A stretch of 64,000 bases of DNA from Tubiluchus corallicola (lineage: Eukaryota; Animalia; Priapulida), in assembly GCA_030141605.1 (NCBI GenBank), contig JAQGDQ010000025.1:602907-666906 (forward strand), read 5' to 3'. A program made the position numbers and the translations under genes. Positions 1 through 14,200 of this stretch are shown here, in pieces; position 1 is the stretch's first letter; every line of letters begins with the position of its first letter. Under the pieces are notes generated by a model. It saw only the letters and a list, made by a program, of their open reading frames with translations. It ran no database searches and had not been told where the DNA came from.

Positions 1-3000
1 CTGGTTTTCAAAACTCAGAGAATACAATTTTGACACAATCACTGCAGCAATATGCTTCCAAAGAGGTCAAGTGGTGATCGAAAATTTAATGCGAAAGGAG
101 ACTAATCAAATTTAACCGGCCGTTTCTTGACCTGCGTTCTTTTTTTCAGAGATACTTCAAATCGCTCTTTGCTTACTATTGGGATGTCATCGAAAATGCT
201 ATTATTTAGGGCCCATTAAGTCATCATAGCGATTTCATCAAGTAATAATAAATTTAGCAATGAAAGAATGGAAGCACGTATGCTGTGCTTGGATCCGGCA
301 TACGTCATGCAAAGCGTTATACATGTAAATCTTCGATACTTCTGATACGGTTAATTGATCCATTTAACGGGTGTCATTCATTAGTTTAATCGGGCATATT
401 TGAGGACCGTTTTAGGAAAGTGAAAACTCGTGGTCCGTGACCGTCTGTGCAATGGTCGGTATAGTACCTTCATGCAAAATTTCAGCCTCCTATACGATGA
501 AAACAATGGCCAGTGTAGCTTTCAAAGATAATATGGCAACAACAGCAACAACAAGAACTACGGATCTCGCACTTTGTTCCGGATTCAAAAAATGCTTAAT
601 GGTTTCACAATTCATTCCGTCAAGTATTTGAACCTTATCAGCATTATGACGTGCTGTATCAACTCAGCAAAAAAGAATCGACTACCAAGGAATTTACATT
701 TTTATAACCCCTTACGAGTACTGAAAAAACAGTACCTAGAATGCAAAGATTAATCTGGAACGTAGCATGTGTGAAACGCAAGACGTTGCACAACGGAAAC
801 TGATGGCGCACGTGTTTTTGACTATCACTTACAAACTGCAATGTAAATTGAGGTCTAAAAAGTTAAAGGGCACGGCTATAATAGACTATAAAACGTAAAT
901 TGGGTAGGCTGGGTTTCTACATAGATGCTTGGTTCGGTTTCCTCGCGTGGGACACAATTCGGCTCTCGTTACACGAGCAGGAGATGCCAGAGATCGTCTC
1001 TTTCAGCAGACAGCACGAGGTATCTGGCTCTATTTAAGACTGAAGATTGAAGTCAACACGTACTACACGATAGGAATATACGATGGTTAATATATTGCTT
1101 TATGTGGATCATTAATAAATCATAGATGCAACTCCGTACAGATTATAGACACCCTGCAAAATAGCTAGTACACACGGTACGAGACAAGTGCTGAACGACT
1201 TGCCTGGAGTATGAAATTTTACAAGGTCGTCCAAAAAAATATTCCCCCAAACTAACTCTACTCGTTGCCCTTCATCCTGGTAGAAGCATCTGCAAAAGAG
1301 GCCCACATCATCATGCAGACCAATTTCTCTACTTATATTAGCATAATTTACCTCCAAAAGCCCACCAGGCGCCGCTAAGATGTTTTTTTGTACACGGTGT
1401 TCTGCAACGAGCAAGAAATGGCCACTTCTGGATGTTTTCAACCGGCATTCCTAGAAAAATGTCCGCACGGCACCTGATGAAGGAAAACTTATACATTCAT
1501 TGGAAAGAGGAGAAACCGGGGTACCAGGAAAATGTACTCAATCTCAATAACTTGAGTAACTTGGATTAAGTGGGCGATCATACTGAGTCTCTGAGTAAAT
1601 TTGAGAGGTAAAATCTACCGGCTTTCCTCACCAACTAAACTAACTCAATCAACTGCAACCAAAAGTCAGAAACTCACAAGTTTAAAGTTTAGACAAAAAA
1701 TTCCGAATTATGAAACCACGCAGCCGAAAATTGAAATCGCCCTGAGCGTGCAATACAGCTTCAGGTTCATGGTTTACCAGACTGAGAGCTATGAAGTAGA
1801 ACAGACAGTAATGTAAATTCAGATAAATTCGTCTACATTATCCAAGACATCCTGTACAAGCAATGCCACACATCTGAGTAACAGATGCGGATGCTAGGAG
1901 AGCTCTCCTTAACGCTTAGATAAAGGAGTTTTGCGTCTTCATAACCAAGTAATCATGGCAAAGCTGCAAGGAGGCTGAGTGCCATAAATTGCGTTCAACC
2001 GGGGTACAACTAAAGAAAAAATATTGCTAAACGATGTTCTGAAGAAACAAAGCATGAAAACTTACACGTTGTATAAGGCGTGTAACATTGCATCACAGAT
2101 TTTCAAATAAGATCACATATTAACTAATAATAAATGTGTCAATTATACAACTCGGCACACAGTAAGATGGGATTCAGCACTCAGCTGATGTACCTAGTCA
2201 TGTAGCAGGACCGGTATCTGGCTCTTATCAGAGTTAATCCTTTAAATTTAAGATGACACATTGAACCAGCTTGAATACATCCTCCCCCAATAAAGCAAAC
2301 AGCTAAAAGCATGGTAAATGGACATTGCGAAAAGCAAATGCTGAACCTGGGTCACGCATCCATTCGCAATTGCAAACTGCTATTTGATTGCTAATGTTTT
2401 TTTTGTTTTGCTCTTAAATTCTATTACTATTCAACACTGAGCACATTTCGTTACTAGAGTGTGAACTGTGTATTCCACGCCGCGACTACTGTCAGTTTAC
2501 AAACTCATTTCCTTTTAAAACTAAATTTTGTGCCAAGATACGCTTTGCCGAATAAAGAAACTTCAACTTGGAAATAATGCTGCATATGTGAATTTATAAA
2601 TGCGTAAATGTGGAACGCAATAACTGGTTTAATATAGAGCAGGTCGAGCATAATTATCTAACCATCTGTAACTACATCTTAGTAAAAAAAATTGAAAAGC
2701 GATGCAATTCAGTTTTCCGATATTTTGAAAAGGCGCACTTCAGTTCCGACTTGTTTTAACGTCTTGGTCATTGCTAGCTGATTGTTTCACGCGCAAGCCT
2801 AAAAGCAAGGTCTTCTTAGCAATTATTATTTGTTAACAACAATGGCAACCCTGAAATGACATTCCTAACTTGATAAGCTACCAAGTAGGTGACTTCTAAC
2901 GAACAGGTATAGAGTGAACACACTGGCATTTCAGCAGGTTCGAATCTGGAAGATTCAATTTTCTCCTACTCCTAGTATTATAGTATACAGTATACGTTCA

Positions 3001-3009
3001 ACACGAATG

Positions 3010-3725
3010 TAGGAAAGTTTGGTACAAGAAAGTCTGATACTGGCAAGTTTGGTACTGTGATTATTAGGTACAAAGAATGTTTGGTACGGGAAAATCTATT
3101 ATAGGGAATATTTGGTAGAAGGAAAACATAGTACCAGGAATGTTTAGTACTAAGAAAGTGTGGTACAAAGAAGTTTTGGTACCAAAAAATGTCGTACTAA
3201 GAAAGTTTGGTACTGGAAAATTTGGTACTAAACTGAAAAGAGATCATATTTCTATAATCTCACTACAAAACGTTATACAACAACAACAGCAACAAAATGA
3301 AAAAAACAATGACGACAGCAATGATGACGATGATGATGATGACGGTCACAACAAGTGTGATAATAGACAAATGACAACAACAACATCAATGACAAAAAAA
3401 CGAATAACAGACAAACAAAGAAACATACATACAACAAACAAATAAAAACAAATGGAAGAATATGAGTCTCTATAACTTTTCGAGTAAGTCATATAAAAGG
3501 TATTTTCATACTTTCTCTCCGTATCAAATTTTCCTAGTACCAAATTTTTCCAATACTAAACTTTGCTAGCACTAAACTTGCTGCGTACCATTTTTACCTT
3601 GTATCAGAAATGCTTGAGAAAACTTCGCCAGTACTGTATTTGCCCACTTGTAAGTTTTTTCCCGTACTCAATTTTCCCAGTGCCAATTTACCTGTACCAT
3701 ACGTACTAGTACTAAGCTTACTGCG
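3010..3725. mobile_element. Foldback/MITE-like element with inverted arrays of a ~15-16 bp subterminal repeat
   Basis: Degenerate tandem GGAAAxTTTGGTAC units lie at ~3010-3230 and their reverse complements (GTACCAAAxTTTCC) at ~3520-3720. The interior carries (CAA)n/(GAT)n microsatellite. Ends are approximate. Confidence 0.6.
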
Positions 3726-4806
3726 CACTATTCAATAATAGTAAGCTAAAAGCACTGGAAAAGGAAAGACCAGTCTTACACTGGACTCATCTTGGGCCTT
3801 TCTTTAAATTAAGATGTGCAATAAGAAGAAAGATAAAGTAATATTTGTTACAGTGAGTCCTACAATTCTGGGCGGGTGAACTGTGCGGGCTGATTAACAA
3901 AAAGCAATGCTCAAATACGCCACAACTCAGGAGATTTAAATTACTCAACTCAACTTAACTATAATTATAATAAACTTTTTTAGTCGGGTCCAATGTATTT
4001 AAGTACTCAATGAACGCAACACACGAGTTAACGTGACGCCCAGGGCTAATCCCCTGTAGAAATCTTGTTCCACCACAACTAAAGAGTGAAGACACTGTAT
4101 CTTTTATCTTCCTGTATAGAGTGAGTGCTGTAGAAAACTTGAACTGGGTCAAGCGAGTGCGTGTTTTAAGAAACGCTGGTCACTTTTTGCCCATTCAGTT
4201 AGCAACATTCCAACTCGAGATAGTTTGTAAAACAGTTTACAGCGATTCCACTCGAAGCGGTTTACTACTTTTGTCATTTCTGGATTGCCCCCTCCCGTGG
4301 TTTTGTTAGCTACCGGTTGCTCGTATCTCAGCTGTGGAGATCTAAATGTATAAACATTTACTATGGAAGGGGCGGGGCGAAGGTGTTTGGTGAAAAGCCG
4401 CTAAATGCGCCTGGCAGTTCAATTCAAGGCGTTGAACTAGCGAAGTTGTTTCTGTGAACTTTACAAAAAAATACAGACGAGCTTTAACTTGAGTGCTGAC
4501 AGCTTTCATGGGTTTTAAGGTCTGAAAAGACCAAGTGAAGACGTCCTACAGACTACAATGCACCTCCCCGCGACAAAGCACCCCAGAAGGGGGCAGGTTC
4601 CTTCACAAACTAGTTGACTCACAGTGAATTGGATATACAGTAATAATTTATAAGGCGTACGGAATTAATCGGCTAAATTTTGTAAAAGAACACGGTGAAA
4701 AATTACTTTAATAATAATTATAATGTAAAGATGTGTTTTGGCTCGATAAGAAAAGTTTAACTAATACTACCCCACCAAGCTTAATTTACTTTCAATTTCA
4801 TTTCAC

Positions 4807-4838
<32 letters not shown>

Positions 4839-5293
4839 TATTATTATTATTATTTTGTCAGTAGATATACACCGTTCATCAGTCATTGCACTTTGTTCCA
4901 CATGCATTTTATAAACAACTGAAAATACATACAATCTTCGAAGTAATTATTAAATAACGTTTGTTACAATAAAAAATGTGGAAACTATTAATTCATGAAG
5001 TCATATAACTGCATCACTTGGCGAAACTTAAAAAATGATAACTTTCACGCACAAGGTAATTTTATGTGTCATGCAAAAAACAAATAGAAATTTTAAATCT
5101 TTTTTTCATTGAGATCTCTGATATTTTAAAACATAAATGCAGCCATACGGACTGGTAATTTTAAATTTTAATAATAACAAATTAGCTGTTTATGACCGAA
5201 TAGTAACAAGTATGACAAGTATTAACAACAACAACTGCTTATTCATATGTACAAAAAATTTAATTAAATTTATTACATATTTAATCTACTCAC

Positions 5294-8200
5294 AGCAGGT
5301 ATGAGCAATTTGCTTATGCACTCCACAGCCCTTTCCAGTTTTATTTTGGCCCGTTCCTCCGTGTCCTCTACCGTTATCAGAACGTGCAGCTCCTCGTTCA
5401 AATGCTCCCAGTTTGCCTTGCCTCGATTTTGTTCTTCCTATAAAAATCACCTGTAGAATAACTAGTTCTTTCGTGGCGTTAAAATGGCTTTCTCTTATTA
5501 TTAGTTACTCAAAATTTGTCTTGGAAAATGTACGTCAGTATGCGCATCAAAAAAGTATTCACACACAGAATAAATACTTATTTTTTTCTAAACGAGGAAG
5601 AGAAATATATTCACTAGTAGTCCGATGCTAAAACTTACGCTACAACTTTCAGCATAAGTAACGAGGTACGTCAAGGCGGCAGAATGTCTCCAGTTCTTTT
5701 CAACTTCTATTTCAGAGACTAAAGTGCTAAACTGTCATGTATTCAGGTTGTATGTAATATTGCTACTACGATTATGAATCATTTAATGTACGCAGATGAC
5801 GTATGTTTATTAGCGACAACTATTTCAGTGCCTACTTGATGTCTATGTTTCTTATGCTGACAATTTTGATATAAATATAAATGTAGAAAAAAGCAAATTA
5901 ATGTCTATCAGTTCAAAGGAAATGCATGCTTTTGTTTACGGTAAATGAAACTTAAAAATAATCATTTGAAGAACTATAATGCAGAAAATATTTGGGATAT
6001 CAATCACATTATTTCAAGTGACAGGATGACCTTGATATAATTAATCAACAACAATCAAAAAAGAGTATCAGAAAATTCGGAAACTGCACAGTTTATGTAA
6101 AAATTTGTTTATTCAATGGGTATTGCACTTGGAAACATTTTTATTTATACAACATGAGAAAACTCAAAGTGGCTCACAATATTTCAAAACGTAAATTTTT
6201 TAAGTATGAATACGATTACAGTGCTCGGTCTCCAAGTATACAGCTTGATATAACTTATCTTGATGTAATATAGGAAATGTGTGTTTTAGTTATAGAGGTC
6301 CTTGGTTTAGTCTAATGACTAGATTTAATGGTAATAATGGTAATGCTGTATGTCAAAGTTTACTTCATAGTGTTGCAAAATTCACGTCATATATCAGATG
6401 CCATTGGTGGAATTTACTGTTAACTGTGTAATTGTTGTATATATCTGCGTTTATTAATTTACTGTGTTAATGTGTGTGTTCTTGTTTCTTGTTGTAAATA
6501 TGTAAATGTTTTATGCTATGAACCTTTCGTTTGAAATAAAAAGTTCAAACAAATCAAATCTAAGATCTCTGAAAAAAAGTTAAGTTCACACAATAATAAT
6601 AGGTTTCAATGCGTGCTCTTTATAATATGCAAAGCGATTAGTTTGTGCACTGAGAAATTGTGGATTCAATATTTTTTTCTAAATATCCTTCTCTTGTTTT
6701 TAATTACCTTTTTCTTATCTCTCATGGAGCCTTTACCCCGCACCATGATCTTGCAACCCGTGTCCTGCTCCAGCTGTTTGGCCGTCATTCCCCTAGGCCC
6801 GAGAATCCGGCCCACGAAGTTGAACTGAAACATCCAGACAAGAAACGCCATGATGAAGCGAATAAAAGCAGGAGTTTTCAAGCTTTTTTTCAGATAAAAC
6901 GAAGTGCAAGTAATTCTATTTTATTTGTATTACAACAACATTATTTGCACAACGTTTACTTAAGTAACGTGACCTGCAACAATCAAGATTCTAGGCCATG
7001 ACGGCACATTTACAGAAACACTAAACAAAAAATTACTTTATCTCACGAGCATTGTCATGTTTTGTTGACAAAACAGATACAATCGTGCAAAAAGTCAATA
7101 CTCTGCTGATAAGTGTGTCAATTGCCTACAGGGGCAATAGTATACTGTACCAAACATAAGGTTCAAAAATCTTAAAATGTAGATATTTGGAAGAAAACGA
7201 ATTGAAGCTTACAATTTGTTGTTTAAAAATCGAAGGACATTAACATAACTGGCACGAGTCCAGTTAAATCGAAAAAAAACTGCAAAATACCCTGCGACCG
7301 AACAGTTAGATTTACATAAATAAAAAATGCGAATTTTTTAATTTTTTTAACGTGACGTTGTAGACGCTGTATTGTGCGTACGTACCCAATTTGAAATTTT
7401 TGATATGACCTTCGATAGTAAAATTTCAAAATCTGCAAACAATTTAAAGTTCATTTTTTTCGAAATTGAAATTAGTTTCAAGAAAGTAAAATGATTTGAA
7501 TCTTTGCAAACCTTTTTGCCATTATGCGCACAGGTGCTGTAGTTTACCTGTAAAGGTGACTATGCAATATGCTTGAATTACCGAAAATCTAACATAGTTA
7601 TTGTTTCTGGCACTACATCTTAAAAACACAGGCTTAAATGACAGCGCATACCCGCAGAGATATTTAAACAGAGTAAGATATTTTTACACTGATTCAAACA
7701 GCGTAAGACTGATCTAGGGGCAGCTGCAAACATTCAAAGTTTTTTTTTAAAAAAATCTAGCAAACGATTCCTACCACATGTGCACAACAGTCTCGACAAC
7801 GTCAGTTATCTTACAGCATGCGTGATAAGCTTACTCATATACGTTAAAAAAATTAACTTTGTCACTAGATAATGTAATATCCTCTCTCCACTCGTCAATA
7901 TAACTCTGCAGATTATTTTATTACTTGCTTAAATTAGAGACTAACTGCTGGCAAAGACGACATACTTGTAAGGTCTGGCATATAAAGCTATAATGAGAAA
8001 AGAATGATTATGGAAATGCGAGCTCACATTAAATTTAAGCTTCAATAACTAAATTATAAACCACAACATGATTTGGAACTAGTATTAGTTATGCATAAAA
8101 ACGTATATCATTAGTGGGTTCATTTTGTTTCTGTGTAAACTAGAGTATAAACAACTATTAATGCTGAAAATAATGACGAGAGGGAATTAAATAATTAAAT

Positions 8201-11200
8201 TTTAATTGTAATTTTAAATAATTAAACTCAATGAAAATTTCGGCAAACAAGGATTGCCGAAATATCTGTTTTTTTTCCAACTTCATTTTAAAAGACATGT
8301 TGAGATGTATCTTTCTAGTTGTGATGTTTTGTCTGAATTCCAAAGGCATGAATCTATTGTCGTAATTAAATTTTTTTGAAATTTCTACGAAAATTATTTC
8401 AGAATTAATTAGCAGTTTTAGAATATAACTTTAGAAACAAGTGCAACAAGCAATATTCATAATCGTGGACATGCAATTGAACTACAGTATTTTAATACTG
8501 AATAAGAACATTAATAGCTAAATGGTTGTCATGGTAATTAAATGATTTTTACACGTCGTACGTCGTTTTCAAATGTAATGTTGCTTAAATATCAAAACAA
8601 TTTCATTCAGAAATTATTAACCGTGCAAAGCCAAATTTGTTTAAGACAGATTGGGGTAAATAATACAGAAAAAAACAACAAATAAACCGGAAAAACTTTA
8701 GTAAAATTACTAAAAATGTAATACATGATTAAATAAATTTTGAAAGGCCATTTTGTACACAAATAAACTAAAAAACCGTGTTAACTATAGGAAAAACTTT
8801 TAGTTAGGAAGTAATATGTGATGTCTAACGTCACACTGAAGCAAGAAAACGACCAACAAGATGGGAGATTTTGATGCCAATTTAAAAATTTCAGCTTATT
8901 ATTTTGTCGCATTTTTTCACGAGCAAAAACAGCCTATCAAATAAACTCATTAGGGACGTATTTTCAACAAAAGTGGGAAACGGTTTGGTGCTTGTTGTGT
9001 TCTCTGGAGCGATGATGATAGCTGAAACGGTAAACAAAGAATTAGCACGGTTCAGTTGTGAATACACCGCATGTGGCTTCAGTTTCATAAACACCGCTGC
9101 GACGCTAGCCAAAGCTTTTAAAACAAGCATTTACTTTAAATGATTTTATTTTCAAGCGCTCCTAGCAGTAGTCATGTTTGTCTACACTTTGAGTTTCAGC
9201 TGCGCGACGAAGATAAGTGTATCTCCCGCTGACTACTGCCTGCATTTTAAATAAATAAACAAACAAACAAAGAAGCAAACTCGTCTGGATTCAACAAATG
9301 AGTGAAAAAAATAAGCGTACCGTGTGATTGAGTGAATAAGCGAGTAAATAAAAGAACAAAACGATGAGTGAATAAATGAATTAATGATCAAATGATAACA
9401 ACATCAGTGTACGAACGAAGGTAGCAAAGTACTGATAAAATAATTAAAGAACTATTATCCGTTTTCTGTCTGGGAGGTCGTGAGTTCAATACTGCGGCCG
9501 AGTCATACCAAAGACTTTAAAAATGGTGCCTGCTGTGGCCCTGCCTAGCGCGTGGTATTTTAGGTAAAAGTCTCTAATAATCTCTGTTATGCAGGTGTAG
9601 TTTGATATTTACAGTCGGCAATAAAAGCCTCATAACAGACTTGTGTTGTATGTTGAATTTAAAGCCGACTTTAAACAAAGGTAATTATTACTATTCATTA
9701 TCATCAATTAACTAAACATTATTACAAGATAACAGATGATATAAAGGCATTTCATGTTCTCAATAACATCACTTACGTCTGGAAACTCTTTAACTGGTAC
9801 AAACACTTTCTCCATCAACGTCACGATGGGCCCCCGGGCATCTGGGAGCTGCAGGGGCTCCAGTTTCTTGTTACCATTTAAATGGAATAAACTTATCCGC
9901 ACTTTGTTAATTTCTGAAAAAGAGAAAATTTCCTAATTATTATTCAAATCATCTGTGAAACTTTCCATAGGTTCCTTCAATTCTCGGCGGCTTCCAACTT
10001 TTGACTTCTAATCCTTACAGCTCCAAATAATGTGGTTTTTCTCAACATTTCTTAAACCACCTCCAAAAGTCCTTGCTATTAACCTCTCTGAGATCAGAAG
10101 AAATAAATAAATAAATCTTCGCGAAAAATACTTTTTCCTTGAATGAAAACCGCAAAACTTGGAGAGTTTTGAAACTAGAAATTTAAGTATAATCATACCA
10201 CTGTTCAATTTGGCCACTTAAAAATACCATTAAAACGCAGCAAAAAAACACCAAGTAGCCAGCTCAGTATTCATGAATTGCAGATGAAGCTCCGCTGAAT
10301 GGAAGAATTTTGCAACAAAACGATCAACTGATTTGCAAGGATTTAACAAAACAAAAAATCGCATGTGAGCATATAGCAGCCACCTTGCGGTATAATGGAA
10401 TGCTTTGCAAAATTGCAGTACTTAGTAGAATAAACTTACGGCAAGTGCTTCTTTAGAACGTGGTCTGCTTGAATTTGTATTTTTACAGGACAACAGAGTC
10501 TGCTACAGAGATTGTGTAGAATGGATGGCACGCTATAGATAGACAAGTATGAGATATTTTATCATATTTAGCCTCGCCAACAGTAGTTGGCGCGATCGTA
10601 AGCGATTAATCGCATCTGTATGCCTGTCCACCCAATGAAGTCAAAATGAATAAAGCTATAATCACAAAAACTGACACAGGACTAGGTCTGTGAAACACCG
10701 TACAATACCAAACGATTCGGACTATACTATACGTGTTCCTGTATGCGCTGTTTATTTAAGTGTGTGATTTGTTAATTGTACTTATGTTTATGTTTGTAAA
10801 ATAAAGCGTTTATTATTATATTCCAGACAGTTTGGTCTAGTGTTAGCGTGTCCGCTTTCCGTCTGGGAGCTCGTGAGTTCGATAATGTGGCCAGGTCATA
10901 CCAAAGACTTTAACATTGTAACTGCTGTTGCCCTGCTTGGCGCGTGGCATTTAGGGTAAAAATAGGGTAATAATAGTCTCTGTTATGTAGTTGTAGTTTG
11001 TTATTTATAGTCGGTCCAAAAGCTCTTTGGAGCTTAGGTTAATTCTTCATCCAAAAAGCCGACTTAAAAAAAGATTATTATTATTATTATTATACCTGGA
11101 AATTGCTCACTTTTCGGTTCATAAGGTCGATGTACAATATCAAAAAAGTCAAAATAAATTTTTGCCCAAAGTGATTTCATGTTATAACGTGGGTCTGCAT

Positions 11201-14200
11201 CAATACCGGTACTGAGTGCCCTCTTTCTCTCAAAATTTTATAACATGATTCATGGAACCCTCTCGAGTGTTCGACGCTAGCATACATCTCAAAAACACGA
11301 GACATCACAGCGTGCAGTCACTTACTAGTAACATGCATTTACTAATACGTCACCAGTGGTGAACAACGAACATTCCTCGTACGGCAACGGCGTCATCTCG
11401 CTTAATAGTGGAAGCCAATCGCATTACTATAGTAGCAGCTGTGACTTATAAAATTAACCACATGGCTGTACTCGAATGGTTACAACGACATTTTGCAGTC
11501 TAAATTTGGCCTTTCTGGTTTTTTCTCTTACAATTTATAGATGCCACTATGAAGTGCAGTCATGGGGAAACATTAACCAAATGTTGTCAGAAGATGCGTG
11601 AAAGAATGATTTCAAACGTGTCAACTTAATTTCATCGAATATTTATCAGTTTCACCGTTACATCTACAGTGTATTAAGACTTCAGGAAAACCTCCACGAT
11701 ACAATACACAATACGTCGCTTATTTAAAATGAAAAAGCTTGGGAAAATGGCCTAGTTACTTTATTTGCCAAATGTATCTAATAACGGTATGAGGCAATAA
11801 TTACAAGCATAGTATAAATCACAGTGTAATAGCTTTTGTAGTTTTTTGATTATCAAACTAAACATTGTAAAAAGTAGTTACTTTTAAACGTTCTTCTTAC
11901 CATGTCTCAAGTCTACCATATAATTTTCCACCTATACTATAATGTAGGCTGAAATACCCAGCTGATGTACACTACTATTATACCAATCTAAATTTTAGTT
12001 GAGAATTTTTTGACAAACCATTTACAAACTCAAGACTATTCTCAAATACCCAAACCATGGCCCATAGTTTATTTAAAAAAACATGTCAATGTAAAAAAAC
12101 TGAAATGACAATGTGAGTAGACAATTTTTCTTGTTAAAAACCACGCAGTCTGAGCTGTCAAACTATTTACCAAACAAAACTATTCAGGGAAGCTCGTTAC
12201 AAAACATTGGTCAACTAGCATCGATCTCTTTAAAATCAGAACAGGTCAGAATCCAGGGTAATGAAAGCCTTCCTCCGGAAGTTTTCCAAGATTTTAACGA
12301 ACGTGGCAGGGTACAGATGATGAAGGACTGGTGGCCCGCTAGGAATGCACGCCTGTTTTCCATTATTGCCTTGTATAGTACACTCCCAGTGAAGCCAGTT
12401 CAAGCCACATGCTTAAAGGTTCAGGTACACATGTGTGCACCTACTGTATGTCAGTCAAGTAAATTAAAAATACGTGACCAGGCAGATTCAACAAGTTTTA
12501 AAGGAAGACCGGACGATTGTTTAAGTCTCAATCTCATTTTAATTTACCGTCCAAAACATACATTTTCTTTGCCTATAAAAGTTAAAAGTTTTTCCTTATA
12601 TTTGAATAATTAGTTTGGAAAGTTAATTAACGGCAACCGAACACAGCTATTGCTTACGTCAGAAACTAACCACAGTTTGTGCATTGGTAGGCATCTTCCC
12701 TGCCTATCAAGAACATTTGCATAAGTGTTACAGTACTGTTTAAACGCATGATGTCACGAAAAATGGGCTCTACATCATATGAAGTCAGAAACTTCATGAT
12801 CATGCTTACCACGGCACCGCCTTCTATTTGCCGGCCACGCGAACGTGACAAAAAGGCACCGCTGTCAATCTTAGTAGATTCACTGAGCCGCACGTAGCTT
12901 TGAAAGTTTAACGAAATTTGAGTATCCGAGGTAATTATTATTTAATCTAAGCTTTGATTTAAAAAAAAGCTATTGTAGTTCTCAATATTTTAGAGCATTA
13001 TTTATTCTGAACTCATGTTTATACAATCATCCGGTTTTCCTTTATCTATGTAACATTCAAAATGTCATCAGTACTACCCAAAATCCCAAAAGTACAGCTT
13101 AACAAATGTAAAGATCTTTTTGGTAGAAATTAAAGTCAAAATCTGGCAACTCAACAAAAACTGAATTTGAAAGAAAAACTTTTTGCTCAAGTGTTGAAGA
13201 TCAACAGTTCATGAACGTTCAGGACGTGAATTTATTTCTTTTCACGGTTAAATTCGTAAAAAATAAATAAAAAAGTAAAAATCTCAGAAGTACACGCAGA
13301 CAAAACTGCAGTTTTAAATTTTGTAGTATAAAATTTAAATTATAAAGTTTAATAGATTTTATCCCAAATGTTTTATACAACAACAATGAAAAAAGAAATA
13401 TTAACTACTTCATTTTTCTGCCTATCATAATTATACTTGGAACATTTACAATTCTAGATTTACTACAATTCTGAAAAGCATACATATGTAGGCTTCTAAA
13501 CAAATAAAAATTATACGTAATTTGATATTGTTTTACTTACAGTTGTACAATAATATGAAATGTTATTTAAAAAATTTTTGTTTATTTATTTGTATGAGTA
13601 GTATCGTATTTATTTTTTATTATTATCATACATTTATAAACAGTAAAACCTATTAGTTATTCAGTTTTTCATAACAATTTTATTTACATTTCACAGTTTG
13701 TAGATTAAGTTCTCTACAGAGCAGAACTAAGACGAGTTCACGAAATGCAACGAAAGAGGAAGCAGAAGGATCCAATAAGCCTTTTAACGGTTCCAGCGAT
13801 TGATGATAATCATGGAAAGGTCAAAGGTTAAGTGTACCAGACAATGCATTTGTGGACACTTGACAACACCTAGCAGTCATTGAAGTATCAGTTTTAACAG
13901 CTAGCTAGAAGCTTACCTAGTTCATTTTTCTTGTTCCCAAGCAAGATCCTGCTAGTAAATCACACTACACACAGACTAATGCATAATTAAGAAAAGCCCC
14001 TATAAAACAATTGAAGTTACTGAACTGATGTGCCAGACGGGTTTGCTTTACAAACATGTCACGTGACGTTTGTAGTTAAGATGCTGGGGTAGAAAGATTT
14101 AACCTTTTGACTTACAGCAACTGGGCGTGTGCACAACCCACTGTGAAAAGGCTTATTGAGATAAAATGGAGCTAAATCAGCAAATGCAATTTGGCTTTCA

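Noticed and set aside
1112-1441. 109-aa minus-strand ORF
   Set aside because: No recognisable domain, non-ATG start and no supported splice context.
1470-1635. Possible hammerhead ribozyme (CTGATGA...GAAA)
   Set aside because: I could not form the required stems. The nearby GAGGAGAAACCGGGGTACC looks more like a decayed SINE fragment.
3140-3445. 101-aa Q/D/T-rich ORF
   Set aside because: It is a translation of tandem repeats and microsatellites.
8891-9143. Overlapping 79-aa ORFs on both strands in QKI intron 2
   Set aside because: No homology I recognise. More likely GC-richer non-coding DNA.
12113-12893. 166-aa and 75-aa ORFs in QKI intron 1
   Set aside because: No domain evidence and non-ATG starts. 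The region may be regulatory, but the sequence alone cannot support that.
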